A stretch of 64,000 bases of DNA, taken from NCBI RefSeq assembly GCF_006345805.1, contig NC_043000.1:101308001-101372000 (forward strand), read 5' to 3'. How positions within the stretch are numbered: the first letter of the stretch is position 1; each line of letters begins with the position of its first letter. Below are positions 13,365 to 25,699 of this stretch, one piece after another. The position numbers and the translations under genes were made by a program. The notes beneath the pieces were generated by a model, which worked only from the letters and a program-made list of their open reading frames with translations, was not told where the DNA came from and did not search any database. Origin of the DNA: Octopus sinensis (taxonomy: Eukaryota).

Positions 13365-13573
13365 TATTCCTTTCAACTAAAGGCACAGGGCCAGAAATTT
13401 TGGGGTAGGGGCTAGTCAATTATATTACATAATTGGTACTTATTTCATCAATCCTAAAAGGAGGAAAGGCAAAGTCGACCTCAGCGGAATTTGAACTCAG
13501 AAGGTAAAGACAGACGAAATTCCACTAAACATTTTGCTTAGTGTGTTAAGGATTCTGTCAGCTCGTTGCCTTA
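13365..13573 (-). mobile_element. SINE family B
   Basis: Reverse complement of 'ggc..cgagctggcagaatc.ttagca...gttcaaattcc...gtcgactttgcctttcatcc..ggggtcgataaa..aagtacca...ccttgtgcct'. About 15 copies in the window. Confidence 0.85.
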
Positions 13574-13848
13574 ACTTTCCTAAATAGTGAGATGTGAACA
13601 GACACTCACTCACAAACATCTACACAACATGCTTCTACACAACACACATGTGTATAAATATATCTACAAAATCAAAGCACTAAGGAGTGATGTGCATAAC
13701 TATAAACTTGTACAGGTTCAAAAATGTCTGAGACATATTGTATTTGAACCTGTAAGAAAGCCACTCGATTTTGTCATGGATAAAATTTCTCACTGCAGAG
13801 AAATAAGTGTAAACACATCAAGCTAGTTGAAAGAGCTCCCTTGCTAAA

Positions 13849-13895
13849 CTGATGGATGCATGCATTTCAGAGTAGTTTTTCCTCTTCAGCATCGG
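13849..13895 (-). ncRNA. Minimal type I hammerhead ribozyme motif
   Basis: Minus strand reads ccGATG-CTGAAGA-GGA aaaactac TCT-GAAA-TGCATGCA-TC-CATCag. Stem I is 4 bp, stem II 3 bp (one G.U), stem III a perfect palindrome ATGCATGCAT, cleavage triplet AUC. Confidence 0.65.
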
Positions 13896-13962
13896 ATACT
13901 GGAAGGAGGAAGTGCAATGGATTGATTTGAAATAAATCTCTCTTACCATACTTCAGTTTCTA

Positions 13963-14180
13963 GTGTGGCAATCTGGCAGAATCGTTAGCACACCAGGCAA
14001 AATGGTTAACAATATGTTGTCTGTTTCCACGTTCTGAGTTCAAATTCAACCACAGTTCACTTTGCCTTTCATCCTTTCAAGGTCGATAAATTAAGTACCG
14101 GTTGAGTACTAGGGTTGATATAATTGACTTAGTCCCTCCCCTGAAATTTCAAGCCTTGTGCCTATAGTAGAAAGGATCAT
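13963..14180 (+). mobile_element. SINE family B
   Basis: 'ggcaatctggcagaatcgttagcacaccaggc...ttcaaattc...tttgcctttcatcc...ccttgtgcctatagtagaaagg'. Confidence 0.85.
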
Positions 14181-14468
14181 ATTTCAGTCAGTATATTGAC
14201 AGGTTGTGCTAACTGGCAGATTGGCTATAATGCAATATGAAACTCAAGTGCTAAGCAGTGGTATATATAAATGTAAACTTGTTACTAGCTTCAGGAATAT
14301 TTGAACACATAAGAAAGCCATTCACTGTATTTTGTTATGGAGAAAATTTCTAATTGTAGATAATTGATATAAACACACTAAGTCAGTTCAAAGTGACCCT
14401 GAAAATGGCTTTGTTATGGGTTCAAATATACCCTGAAGCATATTTGAACTTGAAGCAAGTTAACATGT

Positions 14469-14520
<52 letters not shown>

Positions 14521-14578
14521 TATATATATATACACTCACACATATATATGTGTGTGTATGTGTGTGTATATGTATGTA

Positions 14579-15282
14579 AATGAGGAGAGTCTTGTTTTTT
14601 CAGTGTATTTACACAAAATTAGGGGATAAACAAGTATGTCATTTTTCTATAAAATCTCCTTCATTTTCGATGCACTCGGTCCAGCAGTCCACAAGCCTGT
14701 GTATTCCCTCCATGAAGAACGTTTCTAGTTGGTTGTACAACCATTTATGCACCACTTCTATCACATCTTCATCCACAGGAAATCGACAACCTCATAAACC
14801 ATCTTTGAGCTGTCCAAAGATATGATAATTGGAAGGGCCAAGATCTGGGCTATAGGCAAGGTGTTCCAGCACTTCAAAATCCAATTGGTTAATGGTTTCA
14901 ACAGTCTGCACAACCATGTGTGGGCATACATTGTCATGCAACAACAAAACTTTCTTTGACAATAGGCTTCGGCGTTTGGTGTGAATTGTTGACTTCAGTT
15001 TGTTGTCCAGCAAAGCACTGTATCTTGTAATGTTGACCGTACACCTCTTTTCCAGAGAAATTAGATCATTGTTCTTTCTTCTTCTTTGGTGCATATTGCT
15101 AGCAGAGTGGCCATGCTTATGCTGTAAAGCCAGAGAAAAATAGCATGATCAAGCTCAAACTTCAATCACATGACCACAATAGTACCAATAGTACCAACTA
15201 TACGCATGCACAGAAGGCAGAGTGACAATAATAAGGATATGTTATGGCAAAAGTGCAGATAATTTTTTGACTACCCTTTGTG
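14579..15282 (-). mobile_element. Internally deleted mariner transposon relic
   Basis: Minus strand gives VLLLHDNVCPH...EHLAYSPDLGPSNYHIFGQLK..L*GCRF, corresponding to the mariner HDNARPH and YSPDLAPSD motifs. A TIR-like end 'aatttttgactaccctttgtg' lies at ~15262-15282. Confidence 0.85.
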
Positions 15283-15396
15283 CATATATATATATATATA
15301 AAATATTCATCTTATTATATTCATAACATAAGGATAAAAATCATGTTAATGATAATTATCAGGTAGTTAGCATAGAAATAATTATATAATTATTAA

Positions 15397-15457
<61 letters not shown>

Positions 15458-15942
15458 TGCACACACTGAAGACAGTCATCTTTCAGTTTCTGCTATGAAA
15501 TACACTCATGAGTCTTCTGTTAGCCTTTGGCTATAGCAGAAGACACTTGCTCAAGATGCCACACAATAGGTCCGAATCTGAAACCATGTGATAACAAAGC
15601 AAATTTCTTAATCACAAATTCATGGCTGCACTTAAATATAAATATAAAATCTCATTATCTGGCTTCATTGCAGTTTGTAATACATTGTGATCACGACCAC
15701 CATGACAGTTGTTGTTGTTGTTGCTACTGGATAATCCAGGCCACCTCTGTTTGAATAAGCCAATCTTATACAAGTAGAATATTAAACAAATATTCTATCA
15801 GCAGCATTTTTGTTTTGTGGTCTATGCCTTGTCTTTAAGGAGAAATGCGTTTTACTCAAGGTTTCAGATTTGAAAATATTTTCTCATTTTAAATAAATGC
15901 CAGGAAATTGCTGAAGGAAATTTAACCCTTTAGCATTCAGAT

Positions 15943-16352
15943 TACTCTTTTACTCTTTTACTTGTTTCAGTCATTTGACTGCGGCCATGCTGGAGCACCG
16001 CCTTTAGTCGAGAAAATCGACCTCGGGACTTATTCTTTGTAAGCCCAGTACTTATTCTATCAGTCTCTTTTGCCGAACCGCTAAGTGACGGGGATGTAAA
16101 CACACCAGCATCAGTTGTCAAGCAATGCTAGGGGGACAAACACAGACACACAAACACACACACAGATATACATATATATACATATATACGACGGGCTTCT
16201 TCCAGTTTCTGTCTACCAAATCCACTCACAAGGCATTGGTCGGCCTGGGGCTATAGCAGAAGACACTTGCCCAAGATGCCACACAGTGGGACTGAACCTG
16301 GAACTATGTGATTGGTTAGCAAGCTACTTACCACACAGCCTCTCCTGCGCCT
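15943..16352 (-). mobile_element. SINE family A, full length and young-looking
   Basis: Begins with the (ctctttta)n tail and 'cttgtttcagtcatttgactgcggccatgctggagcaccgcc'; ends with the head 'taccacacagcc'. Confidence 0.9.
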
Positions 16353-16429
16353 ATTACTTTGTAAACTAAAATTAATCCTGTATTATCTTATAGCTTTGAG
16401 ATTTCAAAGCTGGTTATACTGTGCTTGAG

Positions 16430-16835
16430 AAGACCCACCAAGCCAAGTGAAAATGTAGTTATGGCCGATGCCAGTGTTGCATAACTGGCACTCATGTCAG
16501 TGGCACATAAAAAGCATCCTTTGAATTATGGGCCTCACAGAGACAATGACAAGGGACTAAACTTGGCAATATGCTGTACTTGAGAAAACCTGTCAATCCA
16601 AGGGAGATCGTAGTCACGACCAATGCCAGTGTTTCACGACTGGCACCTATGTGAGTGACATGTAAAAAGCACTCCCTACCCTCTTCGAATGGTTGGCATT
16701 AGGCAGAGTATCCAGCTGTAGAAACCATGCCAAATCAGATTGGAACCTAGTATAGCTCCCCAGCTTACCAGTTTTTCAGTCAAACTGTCCAACCCATGCC
16801 AGCATGGAAAACAGACATTAAATGATGATGATGTA
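16430..16835 (+). mobile_element. RTE 3'-UTR/tail fragment
   Basis: 'tggcacataaaaagca...tatccagctgtagaaaccatgcc...ccaacccatgccagcatggaaa..gacattaaatgatgatgat'. Confidence 0.75.
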
Positions 16836-17495
16836 ATTGTTTATTTTTAGAATGACATTGTCAGGTAGGTGTGAGAGGCAGGATTTGACCAGCTTTAACG
16901 TAAAAGAGGTAGAATATTTGTGCTGGATATGTCCAGTTTAAATGTTAAAGGGTTATATACTATATGTAGGAAGTTAAAGTAACTATATAAGAACTTACTT
17001 CTTCAAGTGTAAAAGTTTAAAAGCAAAATTTCAAGTAAGTTCAGAAATGGTTGTTTGGCTAAGAAGTTCACTTTGTAACCACATGGTTTTGAGTTCAGTT
17101 TCACAGTGCAACCCATTAGGAAAGTGTCCTCTACCATAGCCCCAGACCAGCCAGGGTCTTGTGAGTGAATTTGGTAGAGAGAAAATATAGAGAGCCCATT
17201 ATAGAACCGCTAGAGAGCCTTTTGCTGAACCACTAAGTTACAGGGATGTAAACTCTTTAACACTGGTTGTCAAGCAGTGATGGGGTATAAACACACACAC
17301 ACATATAGATACACACACACACACACAAAATGGGCTTCTTTCAGTTTCCATCTATCAAATCCACTCACAAAGTTTTGGTCAGGCCGAGGCTATAATAGAA
17401 GACACTTGCCCAAGGTTCTATGCAATGGGACTGAACTTGAAACCATGTGGTTGGGAAGCAAATATTTTACCACACGGATACACTTGATCCTTTAA

Positions 17496-17611
17496 ATGTT
17501 TACAGCATCTGGTTTCCCAAGCAGTCACCCGTCTAAGTACTAATTACGCTTAACATTGTTTAACTTTGGTGGTCAGTTGAGAACTGGTGTTTTTAGTGCG
17601 ATGTATGTAAC
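17496..17611 (-). pseudogene. 5S rRNA pseudogene, near full length
   Basis: Reverse complement '...aaaaacaccagttctcaactgaccaccaaagttaaacaatgttaagcgtaattagtacttagacgggtgactgcttgggaaaccagatgctgtaa' aligns with the metazoan 5S pattern (GAAAACACCGGTTCTCGTCCGATCACCGAAGTTAAGC...TTAGTACTTGGATGGGTGACCGCCTGGGAA.ACCGGGTGCTGTAG). Differences are mostly CpG transitions. Confidence 0.8.
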
Positions 17612-17931
17612 ATGGCTGTGTATCTTCTATCTTTTGCTCTTTTCAGTCTCTGGGCTGTGACCATGCTTCAGCACCACCTTGAAAGTTTTAGTGCATAATG
17701 GCACTTTGCCTGTCCTGACTTTCTGAGTTCAAATTCTACTGAAGTTGACTTTGCCTTTCATCCTTCCAGGGTCGATGCAACGAGTACCAGCTAAGCACTC
17801 GGGTTGATGTAATATACTTAAACTTTGTGCTTATATCAACCACAAAACTTATCAGTCTAAGTCGTTTTTGTGGAACTGCTAAGTTACGGGAGTGTAAATG
17901 AACCAACACCAGTTGGGAAACAGTGGTGGAG

Positions 17932-17974
<43 letters not shown>

Positions 17975-19526
17975 ATACTAACCATGAAACCATGTGGTTG
18001 GGAAACAAACTTCTTACCATGCACCCATGCCTCAGTGTGTGTGTGTGCGTGCGTGCATGCATGCATGTATGCATACAGGCACAGGTGTTTGTGTGAATGT
18101 TTTCTGCACTGAGATGTCTGCCGAGTTCATAATTTTGCATTAATCTCTATTGCTTTTTTTTTTTTTTGGCGGGGTGGCATGGTTTTATTTCATGAATATT
18201 TTCATCACACATCTGTGACCTTATTAAATGATATCCTCTTTCGAAACTGACTTGCTGTTGTTAAGCATTGCCACTTGTTCCCAAATGTATCTTAAAGTAC
18301 AGCTGACTTAGTGGTTTAAACATACGGATTATATATTAAAATTAATTGTTTTCTTTCAATGTCCAATCAGTCAAACTTAATGCATTATATTGAAATGGAT
18401 TAGTGTAAATGACATATAATAATGCAAACTGTCAAGACATAGAATATTTGATATTTATGGATTTGTGCAGATATGAAGATGTATGTTGCATGTAAAAAGA
18501 CATTACGAAACAAAAGAGGTGATTTGCTTGAATATACTTACAGATTTATAATTATTTACTTTTTGATTTTTATCAGTTGTTGGACTGTGATCATGCTAGT
18601 GTACTGCCTTGGAGAGTTTAATTGATCAAAACAATTCCAGTATGGTACCTGTTCTGTTGGCCTCATTTACCAAACTACTAGGTTAGAAATATGTAAACAG
18701 GCCAGCACCTGTTGTCAAGCAGTGAAGGGGTAAACATGAGATATATACATACATGCATATGTATGTATGTACATACATACATACATACATACAACCAGAA
18801 AGGAGAAAGCTGATTTGAAGACTACAAACTCAAGTCATTACTGGTACTGTAAAAATTTGTAAAAACTTACCAGAAGCTTATCATTTAAATATATATGAGT
18901 ATGCCTAGACATGCAAATATATGCATGAAAATAGATACATAAAACAAAACATACAAATTTGCACATATGCATACATACAAACAAAAATACCCTGTTGATG
19001 TTGTTGAAATTCCATTGAAGGATCCTTGGATCTAGGTTAGAAACTGGCTCTTTCTCTATTGGCAAGAAATTTTGAAATAAAACTGGATAATGACATGCAT
19101 ACATCCAGACAGACAGACAAACAGAAAAATCCAGATATGTTTGGGTTCTCTAAAAAAAAAGAACAAAGCAAACAGATTTGCATTCTTCAGATACAGTCAA
19201 TCAGAGGAACCATAGAATTTCTAAAATATTCCAGGGATTCTTCATTTGAGGTTCCTCGGTGATCATATGTACACAACCACATATACACATAAAATACATA
19301 TATATATATACACACACATAACCATTAATGAAACATGCACATTTATTTTCTACTGCAACAGACACACACATCCATGAGTGCAAGTTTCATAAATATCTAA
19401 CACATGCATGCGTATGTCAACCAATTCAGATAACCACAAACTCCAAGAGCCTAGCAACTTTCTTAGAGACTGAATTGAATTCTGCAATGGTAAAATCTTA
19501 AAATATATCACAAAGAAACAAAGTTG

Positions 19527-19945
19527 TGTTTAAGGCTGCAAGTTAGCAGAATCATTAGCATGCCAGGCAAAATGCTTAACAGCATTTTGTCTGTCTTTAT
19601 ATTCTGAGTTCAAATTCCATTGAGTCTAACTTTGCCATTTATCCTTTCGGGGTCAATAAAATAAATACCAGTTGAGTAATGGGGTCAATGTAATTGGCTT
19701 ATCCCTCACCCGAAATTGCTGGCTTTGTACCTTTAGTTGAAATCAATATTTATAGAGTTGTATTTAAGGCAACAAGCTGGAAGAATCATTAGCATGCCAG
19801 GCAAAATGCATAATGGCACTTTGTCTGTTCCAACTTTCTGAGTTCAAATTCTACTGAGGTTGACCTTGCCTGTCATCATTCCAGTGTTGAGCACTGGAGT
19901 TGATGTAATATACTAAAACTTTGTGCCAAAATTTGAAACTAATAT
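19527..19945 (+). mobile_element. Two tandem SINE family B copies
   Basis: Both start 'agttgt.tttaaggc' and are followed by an identical 17-mer 'aatatttatagagttgt' (19745-19761 and 19941-19957). Confidence 0.85.
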
Positions 19946-21099
19946 TTATAGAGTTGTGCAGATATAAAGATGTATTTGTAAATAAAAAGGCATCGTAAAG
20001 CAAAGGATGTGATTTGTTAGAATTTATTTTGAAGATTTATATCCATTTACTCTTTTATTTGTCTCAGTCAGACTCCAAATTCATTCACAAGGCACTCGTC
20101 AAACTGGGGTCATAGAAGAAGACACTTGACCAAAGTGCCACAGGGTGGGAATGAACCTGAAACCACATATTTACAAAGCAAATTTCTTAACTATGTAGCC
20201 ATGTCTATGCTTATATCCCAGCTTTATAAATCTCTATTGCTACTCAGTGTCATTGAATCATTGAGTCTCAATGAATATGACAAACTCAAAAACACTTTCT
20301 TTATTGTTTTCCCTTTTCATCATTCTTTGCTTATCTTAATTAATAATTCTCTCCCCACTTCTTTCGTCTACAATATGTCTTTCTTAATCAATGACTTCCA
20401 TACTTTTATGATGTTAGATATTTACGATCAGATTTCGTGATGTATTTTATTCACCAGTGCGTGTAACAGATTTTATTATACATAGTGATATGTAGAAACT
20501 CTATTGATGGTGACTGGAAACTAACTTCTTTTGCATTTAATGCAAGAATGCATTATTCAAAATGCTTTCATTGTGGTTGTTAGCGCAAAAGCTGCCTTGT
20601 GCATGTCCTCTGTAATATAGTGCCTTTTAACTTCAATACAACAATATACTTGTCTTTGCTGGCTTCTTGGTGAAATCAAACACTGTTATTATTACAAAGT
20701 ACATGCATGTGTGTATAGATAGATAGACAAGCAAAAATGAGCATAGAGAAATAACTCAGAGCATGTATTGAAACAGCATAAACAAATACAGGTATATCCA
20801 ATACCATATGACAGAAATTCTTGATTTATTAACACCATCACTTCTAGAGGACGTGTCATGCTTCTAGAGGACGTGTCATAATTACCAAATGATAACTGAG
20901 ACCAAAGTCGAATTGCTGTTAAGGAAAAAGACAGGCTCATTGTTAAGACCAAAGGGAACAATTATACACATGAATTTAGGTCAATAGGAACTCAGACTTA
21001 TACAAAAGGGAGTAGAAAACATTTATGGCTCAGATAATTTGCATAATTTAAACAAAACTGAAATAAAAAAAATAACACAGAGTGGCCAGTGGCATGTAT

Positions 21100-21450
21100 T
21101 TCAATGAAATAGTGAAGACTCGTACTCCATTGCATACTCAAGAAGACTTGTACTTCACAGTAGAAGTGTTCAGGTTGCTTCCTACTGGTGAAGTGGATTG
21201 GCCTGAAAATGTCCTTTACCAGTTCCATGTAAAAAAGCACCCATGTGGTGCCACATAAAAGCGCTCATGCAGTGTCAAGTAAAAGTACCCAGCACATTGT
21301 AAAGTGGTTGGAATGGTATCCATCCATAGAAACCATGCCAAATCAGACTGGAACCTGGTTGCAGCTCTCCAGCTTGCCAGCTCTGGTTAAACTGTCCAAT
21401 CCATGCCAGCATGGACAACAGAGGTTAAATGATGATGATGATAATGATGA
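21100..21450 (+). mobile_element. RTE 3'-tail fragment
   Basis: 'aagtggttggaatggtatccatccatagaaaccatgcc...ccatgccagcatgga...gttaaatgatgatgatg'. Confidence 0.7.
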
Positions 21451-21514
21451 TGAAGGTAATACAAGTATATCAAATACCATACATAAAATTATTGATTTGT
21501 ATGCATGAGTCTGT

Positions 21515-21830
21515 GGAGGCGCAATGGCCCAGTGGTTAGGGCAGCTGACTTGCAGTTGTAGGATCACAATTTCAATTCCTAGACCAGGCGTTGTGTGTGT
21601 TTATTGAGCGAAAACGTATAAAGCGCCACGAGGTTCTGGCAGGGGGTGGTGGCAACCCCTGTTGTACTCTTTTGCCCCAACTTTCTCTCACTCTTTCTTC
21701 CTGTTTCTTGAGTAATGCTGTGATGGACTAGCATCCCGTCCAGCTGGGGGGAACACATACACCATAGAAACCGGGAAACCGGGCCCATGAGCCTGTCTAG
21801 GCTTGAAAAGGGCACATAAATAAATAATAA
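21515..21830 (+). mobile_element. SINE family D with V-domain-like 3' module
   Basis: tRNA-like head 'ggcgcaatggcccagtggttagggcag...caattcc'; 3' part 'gatggactagcatcccgtccag...agaaaccggg' resembles the V-SINE-type core as I recall it; (TAAA)n tail. Confidence 0.7.
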
Positions 21831-23469
21831 ACATGTATGAATCTACATATACAGCCTGTCTGTACGTACATTGTATGTATGCATGGCTGAATGGCTAAGA
21901 AGTTCCCTTTACAATAACCCCATCCTTGGTCAAATCCCTCTGCATGCTATCGTGGGCCTGCACCTTCTAGCATAGCTTTAGGTTGCTTCATGCATTGTGA
22001 GTGAAATTGCGTTAACGGAAATTGTGCTGAAGACTTTAGGATGGACTGTATCTGTAACGGAAAGGTCCAGGCTTGTTGCACATCATGTCACACTGATTCT
22101 GTTTGAGAATTAATTCAAGGGTACATGTGTCTGTGGAATTCTCAGTCACTTCTTATGATAATTCAATAATAAATTGTACAGTTTATCAAACAACTGAAAA
22201 CTCTTCATTGAAACCGACAGAGATCCATTTCCCTGTATGTATGTGTGTGTGTTTGTGTATATGTGTGGGTGCATATATGTACATATTTTTGTATGCATGC
22301 TTGTATATATGTTTGTGTATATATGTATTTATATTTGCATGTATATGCATGTGTTTATGTATGCGCATGTGCATGTTGCATCTCATGAAAAATATTCAAT
22401 ATGCCAAGCAAAGCTGAAGCTAAGATTTATTGATAAAGTTCAAATCATCTTGATATCAGGTCAATTCATAAAAGGAGACATAGTGACAAGGATCGGAGCA
22501 TGATATGATTCAACCCTAATTTAATTGGTTAAGTTATTAACAGAGAAATCGCTAGAACACAAGAACAAATAAACAATGATTTTACCACTCTATAATTGCA
22601 TTGTTGTCTTAAAGTTCAGTCAACCAATGATCTGATTGTTTGTCTTAAACTGTTCACCAGAATTCTTGTGCATCCTTCAATATTTAATAATGGAATTGAA
22701 TCAATGGATATAAATTTCTTTGAAGTTGTATATTTGGCTATTGACCCTAAATCCTTTTTGCTCTGAGCGCTAACTGTATACAGTTAGCCTAGCTATCTGT
22801 TAAAAGTGGTTAAACTCACTCTAATCATAAAACTAAATTATTTCGTTATTACAGACAAATAAATAACAATATGAGCATTCAATTGTAAAATAACCATTCT
22901 TTTCTTTTCTTTCCTTTTCTTTTCTTTTTTAGTTTCAATGAATCCAAATGGATCAAAACTATCTTGCATCATCAAGTTAACTTTAATGTCCTTCCTCTGC
23001 AGGTGACATCTGATCTTTCCATTGTGTCACCATTATGCCATAGAGCAACAGATTAGATTTTCAGTTTGAGGAACCATGCCTTGGTATTGTACCCTGTTTA
23101 GCTTCACAAGTTATCACTGCTCTCAAACTTCAGTGAAATATAATATAACTTTTGATGTTGGAATTGTGGATTGATCCTAAATTTTCAATCAATTACATCC
23201 ATTCCATGCATCTTTCCAAACTCAATTCACTAATCAGGGGTGAATTGGCCGAGTCATTAGGGCATCAAATTGACTGCTTCATGGTATTTGTTCTGATTCT
23301 CTGCCATCTGAGTTCAAATCACACTGTAGTCAACTTTGCTCTTGATCCCTTTTCAAGGTCACTTAAAAACAATACTGAAGTACCATAGTACCAATCCAAT
23401 GTGATGGATAGGCGGAACTGTAAGAACATTGGATGCCTTCTTTATTACACAGCTATGTCTGTGCCTATA

Positions 23470-23530
<61 letters not shown>

Positions 23531-25673
23531 CATGGACGCTTCTGAGGGACAACCTGCTGAAAGCCGCTGACCAGATCTGTGGCTGGTGCAAAGTCCCCTT
23601 AAGACCCAAAATAACGTGGTGGTGGAACAATATTGTTGACAGGGCTATTAGACAAAAGAAACAGGCTTGGAAGGCCTGGAAGAACGGTGGTAGCAGGGAA
23701 GTGTATCAGTCTGCCAGAAGGGAAGCCAGGAGACAGGTCTATCTAGCCAGAGGGGAAGCAGAGAAGGAAAAATTTGCCAATGTCCTGCGTCGTGAGGATG
23801 AAAGACTTGAGGTATTTCGTGTTGCAAGACAGTGTGTGAGAGAGAATCGTGACGTGGTAGGAGAGAAATGTGTTCGCAAGGAGGACGGTTCACTTGCACT
23901 TAATGAGGGTGCAAAGAGAGAGACTTGGAGACGCCACTATGATAGGTTGCTGAATGAAGAAAATGAATGGGATAAAGAGAGTCTGCCGAATGTCGACCCA
24001 ACAGAGGGACCAGCAATCCGAGTTAACAGTTCCTTAGTAGATAAGGCAATTAGAAGCATGAAAACAGGGAAAGCCCCAGGCCCATCAGGAATTACTGCAG
24101 AGATGCTCAAAATATCTGGTGGTGTCGGCTATAGCTTAGTCACCCGTATAGTTAACCAGGTGATACACGAGGGGGTCATACCCAATGACTGGTGTAGCAG
24201 CATAATAGTCAACTGCTACAAAGGTAAAGGCGACGCCCTAGAGACAAATAACTACAGGGGCATCAAGCTGCTGGATCAGGTAATGAAGGTTACGGAGAGG
24301 GTTGTAGCCGAACTAATTAGAGAGAGAGTTACCTTAGATGATATGCAGTTTGGGTTCGTGCCAGGGAAAAGTACTACTGATGCTATATTCCTGGTAAGAC
24401 AGCTGCAGGAGAAATACCTAGCCAAAGATAAGCCCTTGTACCTGGCTTTTGTTGACTTGGAGAAAGCCTTTGACAGGGTCCCCCGGTCCCTTATCTGGTG
24501 GTCAATGAGGAAACTAGGGATAGAAGAATGGTTGGTGAGAGCTGTGCAAGCCATGTACAGAGACGCTGCTAGTAAGGTGAGGGTGGGCAACGAGTACAGT
24601 GAAGAATTCCGGGTAGAGGTTGGGGTCCACCAAGGTTCAGTCCTCAGTCCCCTCCTATTTATCATAGTCCTCCAGGCAATAACGGAGGAATTCAAGACAG
24701 GTTGCCCCTGGGAGCTCCTCTATGCTGATGACCTTGCTCTAATTGCTGAGTCACTATCAGAACTGGAGGAGAAGTTCCAGGTGTGGAAACAAGGATTAGA
24801 ATCGAAGGGCCTTAGAATCAACCTAGCCAAAACCAAAGTTCTAATAAGTAGGAAGGTAGATCAATCACAAACGCCTTCAGGTAGATGGCCCTGCTCGATC
24901 TGTAAAAAAGGTGTAGGTAGAAACTCTATAAGATGCACCAAGTGTAAGCTATGGACACATAAGAGGTGCAGCAATGTCAAAGGAAGGCTAACTAGGAAAA
25001 TAGTTTTTGTCTGTGGCAAATGCTCAGGAGCAATAAACACTGGAAATATGCAGAGACCAACTTCTGCCACGTTCCAGGGAGACAAACTAGAAGTAGTTGA
25101 TAGCTTCCGCTACCTAGGAGACCAAGTCAGTAGCGGGGGTGGGTGTGCTGAAAGTGTAACTGCTAGAGTAAGAATAGCCTGGGCAAAGTTTAGAGAGCTC
25201 TTACCCCTGCTGGTGACAAAAGGCCTCTCGCTCAGAGTAAAAGGCAGACTGTATGATGCATGTGTACGTACAGCCATGCTACATGGTAGTGAAACATGGG
25301 CGTGACTGCTGAGGATATGCGTAAGCTCGCAAGAAATGAAGCCAGTATGCTCCGATGGATGTGTAATGTCAGTGTTCATAATCGTCAGAGTGTAAGTTCC
25401 TTGAGAGAAAAGCTGAACCTAAGAAGCGTCAGTTGTGGCGTGCAAGAGAGACGGCTGCGCTGGTATGGTCATGTGACAAGAAAGGCTGAAGATAGTTGTG
25501 TGCAAAAGTGCTACACCCTAGCAGTGGAGGGAACCTGTGGAAGAGGTAGACCCAGGAAAACCTGGGACGAGGTGGTGAAGCACGACCTTCGAACTTTAGG
25601 TCTCACTAAGGAAATGTCTAGAGACCGAGACCTATGGAAGTATGCTGTGCATGAGAAGACCCGGCAAGACTAG
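23531..25673 (+). CDS. RTE ORF (reverse transcriptase), lacking the N-terminal endonuclease, one frameshift near 25300
   Basis: Motifs KAPGPSG, YKGKGD, NYRGIKLL, QFGFVPGKSTTDAI, AFVDLEKAFD, GVHQGSVLSP, LLYADD and FRYLG. After the frameshift: LRWYGHV and GRGRPRKTW. The first ~43 aa of the listed 23401 ORF come from the flank and TA tract. Confidence 0.95.
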
Positions 25674-25699
25674 TCAGGCCATAACCCGTGGCCCCGACC

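Noticed and set aside
22980-23090. Strong plus-strand acceptor 'tccttcctctgcag' followed by VTSDLSIVSPLCHRATD*
   Set aside because: All frames stop within 18 codons and no homology is recognisable; at most a UTR exon, unsupported.
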